Positions 49,448-61,256 of a stretch of 64,000 nt of DNA are shown here, piece by piece. The position numbers were made by a program, and so were the translations under genes. The number at the start of each line of letters is the position of its first letter. Positions within the stretch are counted from its first letter, which is position 1. The DNA comes from Epithemia pelagica (taxonomy: Eukaryota > Protista > Bacillariophyta), in contig OX337240.1 of assembly GCA_946965045.2 (NCBI GenBank), forward strand, positions 1,550,001 to 1,614,000, in the 5' to 3' direction. The notes beneath the pieces are model-generated. The model worked only from the letters and a program-made list of their open reading frames with translations. It was not told the DNA's origin and searched no databases.

Positions 49448-50626
49448 CTATGTGCTAGGGCAAGCTCGGCGCTTGCGGTTGCAAATCCCACTTGTGGTTG
49501 CGGTCAATTTTGGGACCAAGGCCACCATGGCATGGAACATGGGAGTAGCACTCACACTGGCTGGTTCGTTCGACAGGAGGGCTCCTAGAACCATGCTCCA
49601 CTCGGCGACCGCCATGGAATCGCGTGCTGCCAAGAGTCCATGAATACGGGACAGCAAGTAATTCCGTCGTATACACACCTGAATAGTTTGTTGCAAGGCC
49701 TGTTGGGTTCGACAACCGGCACGGATGCGATGGAGACTCAGATTGGAACAACCCAGTACGGACATGAATTGGTGTGTCAAGTCTTGGTCCTGAAACAGTT
49801 TCCCACATCGTCCCAAACACAGGCCTCCTATTCGACAGTGTGGTTGCGACAACAAGTGCATCAGGGCCTGGAGTGCATGTGGTCCCAATCCACAATCGTA
49901 CAGAGTCAAATTGCGCAAACAAGGATTGTGGCCTAGTCCTGTTACAATGGCCGCCAGGGAGCGGTCCGAAAGCTTTTTGTCGTATTCATTCATATCAATA
50001 CAAAATTCTTGCAATTGCGTCTGCAGTGCCAATCCTTGACAGAGGAGAGAAATGCCACTTCTTCCAAAGTCACAAGCACTAAAGGAAATCATTTTCAAAT
50101 TCCTTTTACAGGACAGCAGCCGACCGAGATGCTGATAATTGGCGTGAGTCGGACCAAGGTTGTAAGAATGAAACCGTATCCGAGAAATCGATGAGTTTTG
50201 TCCCAGACCAGACAAAAGGCATTCCAGAACCGACCCATCGTCCACTCGGTGCGACAACGATGAGACTTGTGTTGAAGCAGACAAGGGCGGACGAGAAGCA
50301 CCTGGACGTTCCACTTCATCTCCCCAAAGGCAGACTGTTGAAACATGATCGGTCGATCCCAGTGCTTTAGCGACCACATGCATGGCGCCATCGTCTCGTT
50401 GAATGTTGGAAATAAACGACAGTCCCTGGATTCTTGGTGTCTCGTGAAGAAAGGATGCTATAAACTCGGCACTAGATCGGTTCACGGTTGGACCTGCTCT
50501 CCCATTCTCGTCATCGGCCGACAAGTCGAACCAGACCACCCGCTCATCCAAAAGGGCCGCTTGTACCTTCTCCCACACTTGTCGTTGAATCTCTCCTTCT
50601 CCTGCTGCTTTCATGGTGTGATCCAA
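49448..50626 (-). CDS. RNI-like LRR protein (paralogue)
   Basis: SAEFIASFLHETPRIQGLSFISN..DGAMHVVAKAL and LTLYDCGLG align by eye with 11817-13052. Confidence 0.85.
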   Translation of the reverse strand: MDHTMKAAGEGEIQRQVWEKVQAALLDERVVWFDLSADDENGRAGPTVNRSSAEFIASFLHETPRIQGLSFISNIQRDDGAMHVVAKALGSTDHVSTVCLWGDEVERPGASRPPLSASTQVSSLSHRVDDGSVLECLLSGLGQNSSISRIRFHSYNLGPTHANYQHLGRLLSCKRNLKMISFSACDFGRSGISLLCQGLALQTQLQEFCIDMNEYDKKLSDRSLAAIVTGLGHNPCLRNLTLYDCGLGPHALQALMHLLSQPHCRIGGLCLGRCGKLFQDQDLTHQFMSVLGCSNLSLHRIRAGCRTQQALQQTIQVCIRRNYLLSRIHGLLAARDSMAVAEWSMVLGALLSNEPASVSATPMFHAMVALVPKLTATTSGICNRKRRACPST

Positions 50627-51175
50627 TGAGCCCGGTCAAAGGAAACGGAGCACATTTCCAAGATGACAAGCACATGCAAAGAGTCTACCTAGATTCTCTT
50701 TTTTTTCACACAAGCTGCACAGAACCTGACGACTTAAAAAATGGTTCGCGTTTTGGTGAGGCCACGTATATCGTCAGGCGTGCTTGATTTGGTGAGTCGA
50801 GAATACGGAACCAACACGCCCGATTTTAGTACAAGCATGCAATGATCACTATTCAATACTACAGTAGGATCAAGTGTCCTCTACCAGCTTGTAATAGAAA
50901 ATCATACAGTACAAAAGAATAGCCCTAATTGGGTAAGCCCCCTCCTTTGTCCTCTTTTATTCCCGGGGATCCCGGAAACTCAGTCGTTAATTCGACGTTA
51001 ATGCTTAATGCGCGAGCATTCCTTACGAGTACTGCTGCTGGTAGAGGGTACTCGTACGAGTACAATCGAAATGGAAAAATGGTAACTGTTGTTCAACGGT
51101 CAACGCCTCTCACCTCTCATCGGCAAAACCGGACGTTTTTCTCGACAATGGCCAATCGCCACGGAGCATGTGCGT

Positions 51176-52357
51176 ATGAGCCATAACGGTGTAATCGCAC
51201 GCGGAAACAACACACGTCGCTCACGGCGAAGAATGCAGGCTGTTGCATCTCATGAAGAGCAACAACAACAAGATTGGTTGCCATCCTCCATTCGTGATGA
51301 AATTCGGGACGTGACACAACGATCACACGTGACAGTATTGGAACTATCGAACGGCGACGAGGAGGAGCGCTTGAGCTTGGACCATCGAACCGTGAATCAC
51401 GTGGTTTCCTTTCTTCAAAGAACTCCAAGAGTGAACGAGATCAGTATTGCATGCAATTTTGAGACAAACGACGCTTTGGACGCCTTTGCAAGTCTACTGC
51501 AAAGTACACAGCACATTGAGACCGTCTCAATCATGGGCGATTGCAATGTGGATACCAACAAGAGTCGCGAGATTGATGATGGTTCGGCTTTGCAGTGTGT
51601 GTCAAGAGCTCTTGCGTCTGGCAAGAGCATTTCCATTGAGGAGGTGGAATGTGAATACTACGATTTCAGCCGACCCAACTGTGCCCTGCTTTGTCAATCC
51701 TTCCGACAATTGTTGGTGAACAAGACGCCCTTGCGCAAACTATCTCTGGACTTTTGTGTGTTTGGTTCGAATAATGATTGTGTTGCCTTCCTCGTGGAAG
51801 GGTTGGCGGCACAGCAAGAGACACTCGAAGAACTTTGCATGATGCACACAACCTTTGCGGACATGGACGAACGTGAACAACAGATGAATGCAATTTTGAC
51901 AACCTTGGCGACAGGACAGTGGCGGCGACTCCGACATTTGAGCCTCTGTGCCTGGAATATTGATTCCGAAAAGGTCACACAATCGCTGTGTCGACTTTTG
52001 GCCCATGGCGACTGTCAACTCCAACACTTGGATGTCCTTGGCAACCATGAACTCTTGACAAAACCCGTCTTAAAAGACGTGCTGGTGGAAACACTTGCCT
52101 GTCGCAATTTGTCACTTCACACCATGGAGAGGGAGCAGGCAACGGTCTCCATCTTTGCATCCTTTCTTCGTCGAAATCAACTGGTATCCAAGGTGCGCCA
52201 GTCCGAAAGAAATCATGGGTTCCCTCTCGGGCTCTGGGCTCTTGCCATTGGTCGGTTTGTGGCTGAAGAAAGGATGCACGGCAAAGGGATTGCACCTACA
52301 CCCATTTATGCCGCACTTGTCAGTCTTTCTTCAAAGTTGGCTGGGAAAACGCCTTGA
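51176..52357 (+). CDS. RNI-like LRR protein (more divergent paralogue, head-to-head with 49448-50626)
   Basis: VVSFLQRTPRVNEISI, LRKLSLDFCVFG, LRHLSLCAWNI and a C-terminal RRNQLVSKVR...LGLWALAI block. Confidence 0.82.
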   Translation: MSHNGVIARGNNTRRSRRRMQAVASHEEQQQQDWLPSSIRDEIRDVTQRSHVTVLELSNGDEEERLSLDHRTVNHVVSFLQRTPRVNEISIACNFETNDALDAFASLLQSTQHIETVSIMGDCNVDTNKSREIDDGSALQCVSRALASGKSISIEEVECEYYDFSRPNCALLCQSFRQLLVNKTPLRKLSLDFCVFGSNNDCVAFLVEGLAAQQETLEELCMMHTTFADMDEREQQMNAILTTLATGQWRRLRHLSLCAWNIDSEKVTQSLCRLLAHGDCQLQHLDVLGNHELLTKPVLKDVLVETLACRNLSLHTMEREQATVSIFASFLRRNQLVSKVRQSERNHGFPLGLWALAIGRFVAEERMHGKGIAPTPIYAALVSLSSKLAGKTP

Positions 52358-52830
52358 AGGAGTCCCAAAGTGATCTATTTTCGAAAGCAATCAACACCAC
52401 CTTATCGTGGACCGTACCATCTTGAGACCACACAGAACGGTGCGTGAGAAGCGTCCACTCGGAGGATACTGATGCTCCAAGAAGCCATTCGTACTCAGAC
52501 ATAAATGTCATTGAAGATCCTGGTGTAACGAAAGTTCTGCGCACCGTTTGATCCACTTATGGGAAGTGCACCGAACATCGTCGTGGCACAACCGTTGCGC
52601 GCACCCTTCCATAGGTAGAGGCATGGTTCCGTTCTTCTTGTGAATTCTCAGGATCGAAACCGGGAGCGCGGCGCTTTGCCAAAAACGTATCCAACGGACC
52701 GTTCTTTGACAATGTGAGTAATGGACACTGTTATCCCACAAACGGTTTTCTCTTGATATTTCAGGGGCTGTCATCTGTTCCGTGGCACATTTACAAAATC
52801 TTCCTTCCCCGGACCGAACAAACCAACAAC

Positions 52831-53517
52831 ATGACACGCAGACAACGGTCACCATCGCCCTTGATTGTGGTTCTTCCGACTCCATCACCGTCGTCTCGTC
52901 ATGCGCGAACAACAAGTGCAACCACAACAACAACATCATCGTCGTCCTTGTCGTCGTATCTCAAACGAGAACAATTTCGTCAAGTGTATGCACAAGAAGA
53001 AGACGATACGTACGACGAGTCGACGGCCTACAATCAAACGTTTGACCAGACCCAAGAGGCAGCATTCCTCAACAAGAAGAACAAGAATAACCGCAAGTCT
53101 CTGACGCAATGGCTTCGAGTCTGCAGTCCCTATCCCACTTGCTCGTCGGCATCACACTTTCGATATTGCTACCCCATCCATGATTTCGACAGAGAACAAG
53201 ACGAGGACGAATGCCATGTGCATACGGAACAGGAGGACGAAGACAAGGACGACGAGGATGATAGTGGTGATGGAGACACGGGGCTTTGGAATCTCGATGC
53301 GTCCTTTGAAATTGTTGGATTGGCCAACGAACAGTCTCGAGTGGGATGGTCGGTAAATGACGTTGAACCTACAACGACTACCAAGATAGGACCCGAACAA
53401 TTGGCAGCCATGCCAACGGCACAACAACCTCCACCACCATCACAATTGTGGACTACCTCGAACGATATGGTCATGGAAATGATGAGTTCCTGTTATCCCT
53501 CCATGACGGCCTACTAA
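52831..53517 (+). CDS. Hypothetical low-complexity (Thr/Ser/Asp-rich) protein
   Basis: ORF 52714-53517 with first ATG at 52831; no domain recognised. Confidence 0.45.
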   Translation: MTRRQRSPSPLIVVLPTPSPSSRHARTTSATTTTTSSSSLSSYLKREQFRQVYAQEEDDTYDESTAYNQTFDQTQEAAFLNKKNKNNRKSLTQWLRVCSPYPTCSSASHFRYCYPIHDFDREQDEDECHVHTEQEDEDKDDEDDSGDGDTGLWNLDASFEIVGLANEQSRVGWSVNDVEPTTTTKIGPEQLAAMPTAQQPPPPSQLWTTSNDMVMEMMSSCYPSMTAY

Positions 53518-54155
53518 TAGAACAGGAACAACTTGGGGATTAGAGAGAGACAAGCGTATCAAGAGGGATGGGAGATCTGTGGGTCGATGACTGCTGGCGA
53601 AAAGAGTTGGTTCCTATGGACGAGACTCACCATCATTGGGGTTACGGCCAAAGGGAGCGAAACCATGAAGCTCACACTGGCAAAATCATCCCGTGTTGTA
53701 CAGTTGCATCCATGTCTCAAGCCGTAGAGAACAATCACTCACGCTTAACAATGGACTGCCATCAAGGAGTGAGCGAACAATAGTTTGTATTGGCTTAATG
53801 TTGTACCGTAGTACGTAGTAGACCTAACTTTAATAGAAACATCGCGTCACCACGTATGGTTTTGGACACCAACCAACTCGCAGTCTGAATGTGGAACTTT
53901 CCTGTGATCTGTGACACCCACTGCTATTCCAACGAGGCGCCATGGTCATGTCATGAAAGGAATCGAGGTAGAGGAGTAGATGGTACCATAGGCTACCTGC
54001 ATCGAAAGTTTAAAATTTCAAAAATCGTCGGTCGGTCTTCCTCCCGCATCTTTCAAAGATTCGGTGTTGTTGGCCAATGTCGATGTCGAAGGTTCTCAAT
54101 CGAATCCTGTGCCCAACTAGGTGTAGAAAAGACCAAAAGAACAATCATAAAACAA

Positions 54156-55994
54156 ATGAAGCCATTGTCCTTTGGTTCATGGTGGAAAGAGACATTGCTG
54201 CTGTGGTTGGTTGGCTCGAGTCTGTGGGATCTTTCGGCAGGATTTGAGCTTTGGTGGCGGCCCTCTTTTCCGATTGGTCGCAATCCAGTTTGGTTTCATG
54301 AGCGTGGACACAATGGTATCTTTGATGCGTGCAGCAGGAAAACGAGACACACGTTGCCTCGTTGGAAGGCACAATTGCATGGCGCCTCGTCTTCAGTAGA
54401 GGAAGATGAAATTGCACCCAATGAGGAAAGCGTATCCAAAACTTTGAATCAGCAAGAAATCACAGAGAATCCACCACCAGGAGGACCCTTTGTCCGTTCC
54501 TATCCACGATATCGAGTCGATTTGTCTCGAGTTCCGAGACGCCCTGAAACAGCCTCGTCGTCCTCGTTTTCTTCCTTTTTTTCTGGACTAGGAAATCGTT
54601 TACCCTTTGGCCGTGTGGCTTCCGAAATGGCGAAACAGCAATACGCTTCCCAATTTCCTTTGGCGGAGATTCAGGTTGTTGACCTTGCATCCACAAAAGA
54701 GAAAGAGACACTTCCCTTTGCGGCCGCGTGTCATGCCATGACCAGTTTGTGGCAAGCCGCACAACAGGTCCAGGAAGGAGGGGAACATGAAACCAATGGC
54801 CGATTGGTGATTTTGGCCGATCCAACGTTGGCCGGTGTGGCTCGCAATTTTGTGGATTTACTCGACTGGGCCAACGAGCAATGTGCCACTCAAGATTCGC
54901 AAGGCAAGCGCAACAACAAAAAGTCGTTTCCAGTACAGGCACAGTTTTTCGCCAGTCCCAACGATCGATTGGGGGAGATTCCAGACGCTCAAGGCGGCAA
55001 ACGACAATCGCCCGACCAATCATCGAGTGTAGCACCTGCAGCTGTCTTGTTGTCCTCGCCCGTACCATCATCCACAACACCGCCGACAACAACACCGTAT
55101 GGACCATTCGTCCGAAATGCCACCACCGAAACCATGATCAATGACCACACTCGGTCCTGGGTTCAACGCTTGTTGGTAGAACGGGGCATTTGTCCCTTTA
55201 CCAAAAATGTGGAATGGAGTGGCCAAGGATTGAAAAAGGAAGGTGTGCCAGTTGGTCGCATTGCCTATCATGCCGTTGTCGTTGACGACGAGGATGATGA
55301 TGATTCATCCAAAGAGCAAGCTCCAGACGAAGCAATTTGGAATTTGGTCACTCCCCTCATGGCCCGTACGTGGGAGACCATGTACGAAATGCTACTGGCA
55401 GGACCAGAGGGCAAGGAAGGAGGGATTTCGAGTATCTTATTGGCGGCGCCAGCCTTTGACCAAGAGTTTGAATTTTGGAGTGGTCCCTTGTTTGCCTTGC
55501 TGGAAGCTAGTGTTGTGGCCGCTCAGGCCGAACCCTGGCTGGGTGTCGTATGTTTTCATCCTCAATATGCCGTCAGCGATGGATCGTCGTGGCCAGGCTT
55601 TGGTCATATGCACTCGCTACCTCGACTGCAAGAATGGGTCCATAACGCACAAGTCCAAGACGAATCAAAGTCCTGCCCGGCTCGCCGACCGAAACGCAGA
55701 AGGAAACAAGGAACCAATGCGGCTGCTGCGACACCAGTGGCGACGCAAGGTTGTTGCCCCGAGTATTCGGTCGAGGAGATTGCCGCAGGAGGGGCCTGGC
55801 AACGTCGGACGCCTCATGCTACCATTAATGTATTGCGGGCCAATCAGTTGGCAGCCGCCGAACAAGTACGCTCTTCCGAAACCCTTTATCCCCGCAATAT
55901 TCAGGTACTGCGAGACCAAATTGGATTTGACCAATTGTGGCATGATTTGCAACGCGAACAAAAAAGATCACCTACAGACCAGGAACCACAGTGA
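54156..55994 (+). CDS. DUF1415-like protein with predicted bipartite plastid targeting
   Basis: WVQRLLVERGICPFT, VCFHPQY, RRTPHATINVLR and RNIQVL follow the DUF1415 motif order. N-terminal signal peptide ends LSAG|FEL with Phe at +1. Confidence 0.72.
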   Translation: MKPLSFGSWWKETLLLWLVGSSLWDLSAGFELWWRPSFPIGRNPVWFHERGHNGIFDACSRKTRHTLPRWKAQLHGASSSVEEDEIAPNEESVSKTLNQQEITENPPPGGPFVRSYPRYRVDLSRVPRRPETASSSSFSSFFSGLGNRLPFGRVASEMAKQQYASQFPLAEIQVVDLASTKEKETLPFAAACHAMTSLWQAAQQVQEGGEHETNGRLVILADPTLAGVARNFVDLLDWANEQCATQDSQGKRNNKKSFPVQAQFFASPNDRLGEIPDAQGGKRQSPDQSSSVAPAAVLLSSPVPSSTTPPTTTPYGPFVRNATTETMINDHTRSWVQRLLVERGICPFTKNVEWSGQGLKKEGVPVGRIAYHAVVVDDEDDDDSSKEQAPDEAIWNLVTPLMARTWETMYEMLLAGPEGKEGGISSILLAAPAFDQEFEFWSGPLFALLEASVVAAQAEPWLGVVCFHPQYAVSDGSSWPGFGHMHSLPRLQEWVHNAQVQDESKSCPARRPKRRRKQGTNAAAATPVATQGCCPEYSVEEIAAGGAWQRRTPHATINVLRANQLAAAEQVRSSETLYPRNIQVLRDQIGFDQLWHDLQREQKRSPTDQEPQ

Positions 55995-56279
55995 ATCCGA
56001 AGGGCCCTAATCAGAGGTTATGGGAGAATCTACACAAAAGCAAACACCAATGCGAGACAAAGTCTCCGAAGCGTTCCCTACTCCTGCTGATATAAGCTCC
56101 TCTTTCGACAGTTATCGTAGAGGCGAAGACTATGGCAAAAGTGGGTGTCAATATAGCAAGGAATAAGAGGGTGCTCTATACAACAACCATACAACGGTCC
56201 ATTTTTACCGAAAAAGTTGCAAAAATGTACAAGCTCCAACCCACACAGAGTTGACAGCAGCATGGCAGTATTCCTTTAT

Positions 56280-56948
56280 TCACGCACACTCTTGATAGAG
56301 CTTGCTCAGTCGATCCAACTCTTTCAAGTGCTCCCATCCCTCCCTTGCCAGTTCCAAAAATAGATTGCCATCGGCAGGTGGGAAACTTTCACTGTGAAAA
56401 TGTTCTGCGGCAATGGATATACAAAGAGAGGCTTGTGCATAGGTCAAGCCATGTACCTGTTCCAAGTCATATTCCCATTTGTCACCTGCCTCAATCAGCG
56501 ACCGAATCTTCAAATAATGTTTCTCGGCCAGTCCAGATGATGCCCTTGAGAGTTTGCGTTTCTTGAATGTCAGTGGACAAGGATCCAAGACCCGGAAAGA
56601 TTCCGACTCGTCATCTTCGACTGTTTCCGTGACAATGGTTGCAGGCACGGTCGGCTCCAACGTTTTGTCCAACGCTCGTTTTCCTCTTGAAGTTTCAATC
56701 TCTCCGTCGCAAGTCGCCGACGACATTGTCATTCTATCCTTCGTAGCACTCATCGGATATTCTTCAGTGGTAGAGTTTGTATCTTTCATTCTCGTTATGA
56801 TCGTTTGCTGTTTGGCAGCCAACACGTACTGTTGCTGACTGACAAAGTGGAGGGATGTTGACGGAACTTGCAAGTGTGATGTTCTTTTTCCAGCAATCTC
56901 GACGAATGCACTTGGGTCTTTGTTGCGCGATAGCGGCGGAGACACCAT
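56280..56948 (-). CDS. Hypothetical protein
   Basis: ORF 56280-57101, likely ATG at 56948; basic KKRK motif and a helical C-terminus. Confidence 0.5.
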   Translation of the reverse strand: MVSPPLSRNKDPSAFVEIAGKRTSHLQVPSTSLHFVSQQQYVLAAKQQTIITRMKDTNSTTEEYPMSATKDRMTMSSATCDGEIETSRGKRALDKTLEPTVPATIVTETVEDDESESFRVLDPCPLTFKKRKLSRASSGLAEKHYLKIRSLIEAGDKWEYDLEQVHGLTYAQASLCISIAAEHFHSESFPPADGNLFLELAREGWEHLKELDRLSKLYQECA

Positions 56949-57559
56949 TATTTTGGTCAATGATGTGTGTGAGACAGCCAAAGAGAAAACAGTTCGGAAA
57001 AGCATCAAGTACAGAATATTCGTACAGGAATAGGGTGGTGTCCCCCGTCCATCTGTTTTCTCTTGGCGACCACCATGGACCAAAGAGTTCGGCTGCGTCA
57101 CGCGTCACTGACATACCTTGTCATCGACAGATTCCCAACCAATCAACAATCAACAGTCCCGAATGGTCGCTGACATCTGTGACCCTGTCCACTGCCAGCG
57201 CGCTGGTTGGTTTTTGTTTGGCGCACGGTCACCGCATCACTCACGCTCAGGACTCGAGTCTTTCCACGAACCGATTCCCAGGTAAATCTCAAATTGCTCT
57301 AGTAGCGCTTTTGTAGTTGTGCTACCTAGTACGAGTAACTATCACAATCCACCTACTGACAAAGATCATTGTTTAGTTCTAGGAGTAGATCAATAACTTG
57401 TTGTTCGGAACGAAACATGTTGACCAGGATTTGGTCATTTTCTCATGAATCACGCAGTTAGATATTCCTCATAAATCAAGCACTTGGATAGTCGTTGATT
57501 GGTTGTAATGCTTCAGACTTTCCGTGTAAAAACTTCCTCCGAGTCGGCGCCGTCCCAGT

Positions 57560-59135
57560 TTAGACGGGTGAACTATGATTGTTGCCTTCGCCTGTTTCTT
57601 CAACTGTCGCAGTTGTTGCAACTTCATTGGACTCCTCATTCGTGTCGTCCTCACATTCACAAGTCTGACTATATGTGTCGTCGTCGCCTTCAGGGGCAAT
57701 CATAGGATCATTGGACTGTTGTTGTGGAGGAGAGGGGACACTACTACTAACAAGAGGTGGAGGTGGTACCCTAGCCGAACTGCCCATGGTGGATGTGGAT
57801 GCGTGTTGCCGTCCACGTTTCATAGCAATGTGTTCAATCCACCCACCAAGCCATGGAATATGTCGAACAAAGGCAAGACTCTTTCCATCTTGAATCAGAC
57901 GAGCAAATCGCCGTCGAAAATACACGATTGAATTCAGAAATCCCTGAATTTCAACAATCAATGATGAATAAGAATGAAGCGATTGCACATTGGAGACAAT
58001 GGGATAGCACGAACCGTATCTGGTATATCGACGTACCTACAATGGCGTGCAAAGTTTTACCAAGATCGCCACATAAAACTTTGCCCTTCGTTCTTGGCTT
58101 GGATTGTCACGGTTGGTTGGGAGAGCAATCAAAATAAGCAGAGGTCCATAAGTGATGAAGAAGGCGGCAATGTACAACAGAGACTGTTTGGCTGTCGCCT
58201 TGGTTCGAGGAAAGGTGGGTTCATTGCCACGGCGCCGTCTCGTTGTTCGGGTCATTGTGGTGGTGGTAGAAGTTGTGTGACTGCCTCCATCTCCTTCATT
58301 GACCGCGTAGAGTCGAAATCGATTTTCCATTTGTCGCACTTTGAGTACGATGGAAATAATGCACACGATAATAATTCCCCATATGGCTGTCACACTCCAT
58401 CCGACCGTCACGTAGCTGTCATAATCGTGACCTCGTAAACACGTCGTGTCGTTATTGCTGTCATTGTCGGGTTGAGAACAAAAGGGTGGATTGTCCGCAA
58501 ACCAACACCATCCTGGCAAATCACGCACTGGATTAAAAGCTGTATTGGTGAGAGCCACACTATTGGATCCCAAACAATCCGCCAGGGACAACAAATGTGC
58601 AATGGGTTCCAAACAGCGTGCGATGCGCCTGTCCCAAAACAAGAGCGACCAGTCAAGACAGGAACAAGGCGAATTTCTAAGAGACATGACACAGCATTGT
58701 GTGTAGCGTCACAAACGTCATGACTTGCCTTTCTTTCCATTCCCATCGCAGGAGCAAGACAAAATAAATGGCCAAGAATACCGAATACCACATGGTTATA
58801 GTAATGAGATTGAGTGAAAATCCTGCCGCCTCACACGTGGCAATAGTACCTCGGTTGCTTGTTTGACCCGAGTACGGCCATTCCCTGGGGACAGCCCAAT
58901 GTCCCAACACCAACATGCCCATGGAATTGCAAAAATCGGCCAAACTCATACACAGGAGGAATCGATGGTACACATGATGACGAAGCAAGGTCTTGTATTC
59001 AAAGAGAATGGACCACAAAATCAAGGCGGAACCTGCCACAGAAAATGGAGCGGAAACGTTTGGAAGAATGGCCAATAAATTGGCTTGACTGGATGTATAG
59101 AGTGGGGGAGGATCAATCACCACGTCTTGGGACAT
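57560..59135 (-). pseudogene. 7TM GPCR-like gene (cAMP-receptor/Git3-type) with in-frame TAG before the end of TM7
   Basis: Exons 59135-58729, 58628-58037 and 57943-57560. Motifs SVAGSALIL, YHRFLLCMSLADF, TCEAAGF, WCW and PL[TAG]GFLNSIVY. Introns 58629-58728 (GC-AG) and 57944-58036 (GT-AG). Confidence 0.72.
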
Positions 59136-59717
59136 GATAAAGTTGAAGGAATTGTTGATTCAAACGTTGTATCGATAGTATTGTTGTTGTTGTTCATGAT
59201 GGAAATGAGGATGCTCTGTTGCGGTGGTAGCAGAATCTAGAGGGTGTGTTTCAGAGGCTTCTCAAATTGAATGTTCGTCTTCTCCAGAAGAGCAAAACGA
59301 GGGATCGATTCTGGACGGAAGTAGCTGTGTCAACAACGGGAGACAAAGACACCAGAAACAAGCAAGTCCAATGCGATACTCTAGGATCATTTAATAGCAA
59401 TCACCAGTTCTTTTTTCAGACAAACGGATCGGGTTGTGGCGTTCGTGGCTTCGGGTTCATCAAGCACATGATCTCTTGGTTTTTCCCTTTTATCTTCAGT
59501 AAGGTACAGTCATGAGGATTATCCGCGAACGGCAGTCGCTCAAAAAAGTTCCATCCATGAGCCATGAGGCTGGTTGCGTCCTTTTTCGAAACGCAGTGGG
59601 AGACACCAAGGAAATAAGCCCTGATTTTCCCCAGCCTCACTTATACGTGCCCATTCGCTGTATTCCACAGACATGGACACTGGTCACAAACATAGACATT
59701 CCGTTAAACTCTAAATA

Positions 59718-61256
59718 CGGACTCCGGGGGACAAAAAATTCCCCCACGATATCCCGTGTTTCACGTTGGTGAGACTTCCGGCCCTACGAGATTCATGAGT
59801 CCATTCATTTTCTCGAAGTAAAATGAATTGCCCCTCATCATCCACAAGTATCTCGCAGTCGCAACTCGTACCGATGAACCTTTCACCATGACGAGGCGCT
59901 TACCCTTCCTGTGCGAGTAATAAACAACAATCATACAAGTGCAAAATATACAACCCACTTTTTAATTATAAGCCTATATTATGTAGTCACCACCACTGCT
60001 GCTTGTTGTCATTGGTATAGGTGATGGTTTCACTTGGAGTTGGTTGTTGCGTTTGTTGTCGTTGTCGCGGCACAGGATTGTCTCGTTCGGCCGAAACAAG
60101 GCGTTGATCGTTGTGTTTGTTGTAGAACCGTAGAACTGAAAGAACCAGCAATGGAGAGCAGTTGATTGTTGCTTTTGGTGCCATTGTCATTGTCGTGGCC
60201 CCGGATTGTTTTGTTCGGCCGAAACGATGAGTTGATTGTTGCGATGGGGACATGCATGCTACGCGAGGCCAAAACCAGTTGGTTGTGTAGTTGGTGGTAT
60301 CTGTTGTCATGTCTGTGGATGTCGTATCATCATCACCATCCGATGGCTCGGTCGTTGTGGCTCTTGGTTTTGTCGTCAAGATCCTCCCGCTTTTGATTGT
60401 TGCATTGGATGTTGTTGTCGTTTGTCGTTGTGGCCAAAACGAGGAGTGGATAGTTGCATTTAGGCTTTGTTGGAGGTCTAGAGTAGTTGGTTGGTGCATT
60501 GGTGTTATTGTCTTGAACCATCCAATGGATTTGTCGTGATGGATGTTGGTTTTGTGGTCGTGGGCTTCACGTCGTCGGGAAACAAGGGTTCACTTCGCGT
60601 CCAACTTGTCGTGTGGTGCCACAAATCAGTCGTTGTCTTTGTTGTGGCTGCGGTTGTTGCGGTTGTTGCAACCGTGATGATGGAGTCGACCCTTCACTTC
60701 CACAAGTCGGCCGGTTGTTGTTGGGTTCTTGTGGTCTCGTAACATTGAGAGACGGTCTGTTGTTGGTGTTGTCGTTGCTGCGGCCGACTGCTTTGTTCAG
60801 ACGAGAACCCTCCAGTTGATTGCCTTGTGTCCTTGCCGCTGCTCTCCCACGACTCATCCATCCATTTAGAAGCTTCCATTGTCGTTCCTCATTGCAATCT
60901 TTGTTCATTACATCATTCTCCGACTCCAATCTTGGTAATCTTGTTGCTTCCTTCCCACCAGGATTTGGAAGACTTCAAAACTTTGCCTTCGGTCCACCAA
61001 AATGGCCAACCCATCGCCGCCCGTTCATTCCGTCACAGTACACTTGATTCTGAGGACTCCGTGGTGGTCGGAGGAGTGCTAGCACCTTTAGTTGGAGGTG
61101 CACACCGGCTTGAGTTTGCCATGTTGGTGCCATGCAGTGTATCATGAATCATGACCGTGGTTTCCTAAACCACCGGCCCAGATAACTATAGACAATAGAG
61201 TACAAGTATGAAAAGCACGGCTAACTGTGGGGGAGTTTTTCGGCCCCCGGAGTCCG
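59718..61256. mobile_element. Non-autonomous TA-flanked TIR element (Tc1/mariner-like)
   Basis: TA|CGGACTCCGGGGG ... CCCCCGGAGTCCG|TA; 13 bp perfect, ~30-45 bp imperfect TIR; no transposase recognised inside. Confidence 0.8.

Noticed and set aside
50627-51175. Bidirectional promoter between the divergent LRR genes
   Set aside because: Plausible from geometry, but no specific element can be supported from the sequence alone.
55243-56010. 255-aa overlapping ORF
   Set aside because: Shifted-frame shadow of the DUF1415-like gene; no domain features.
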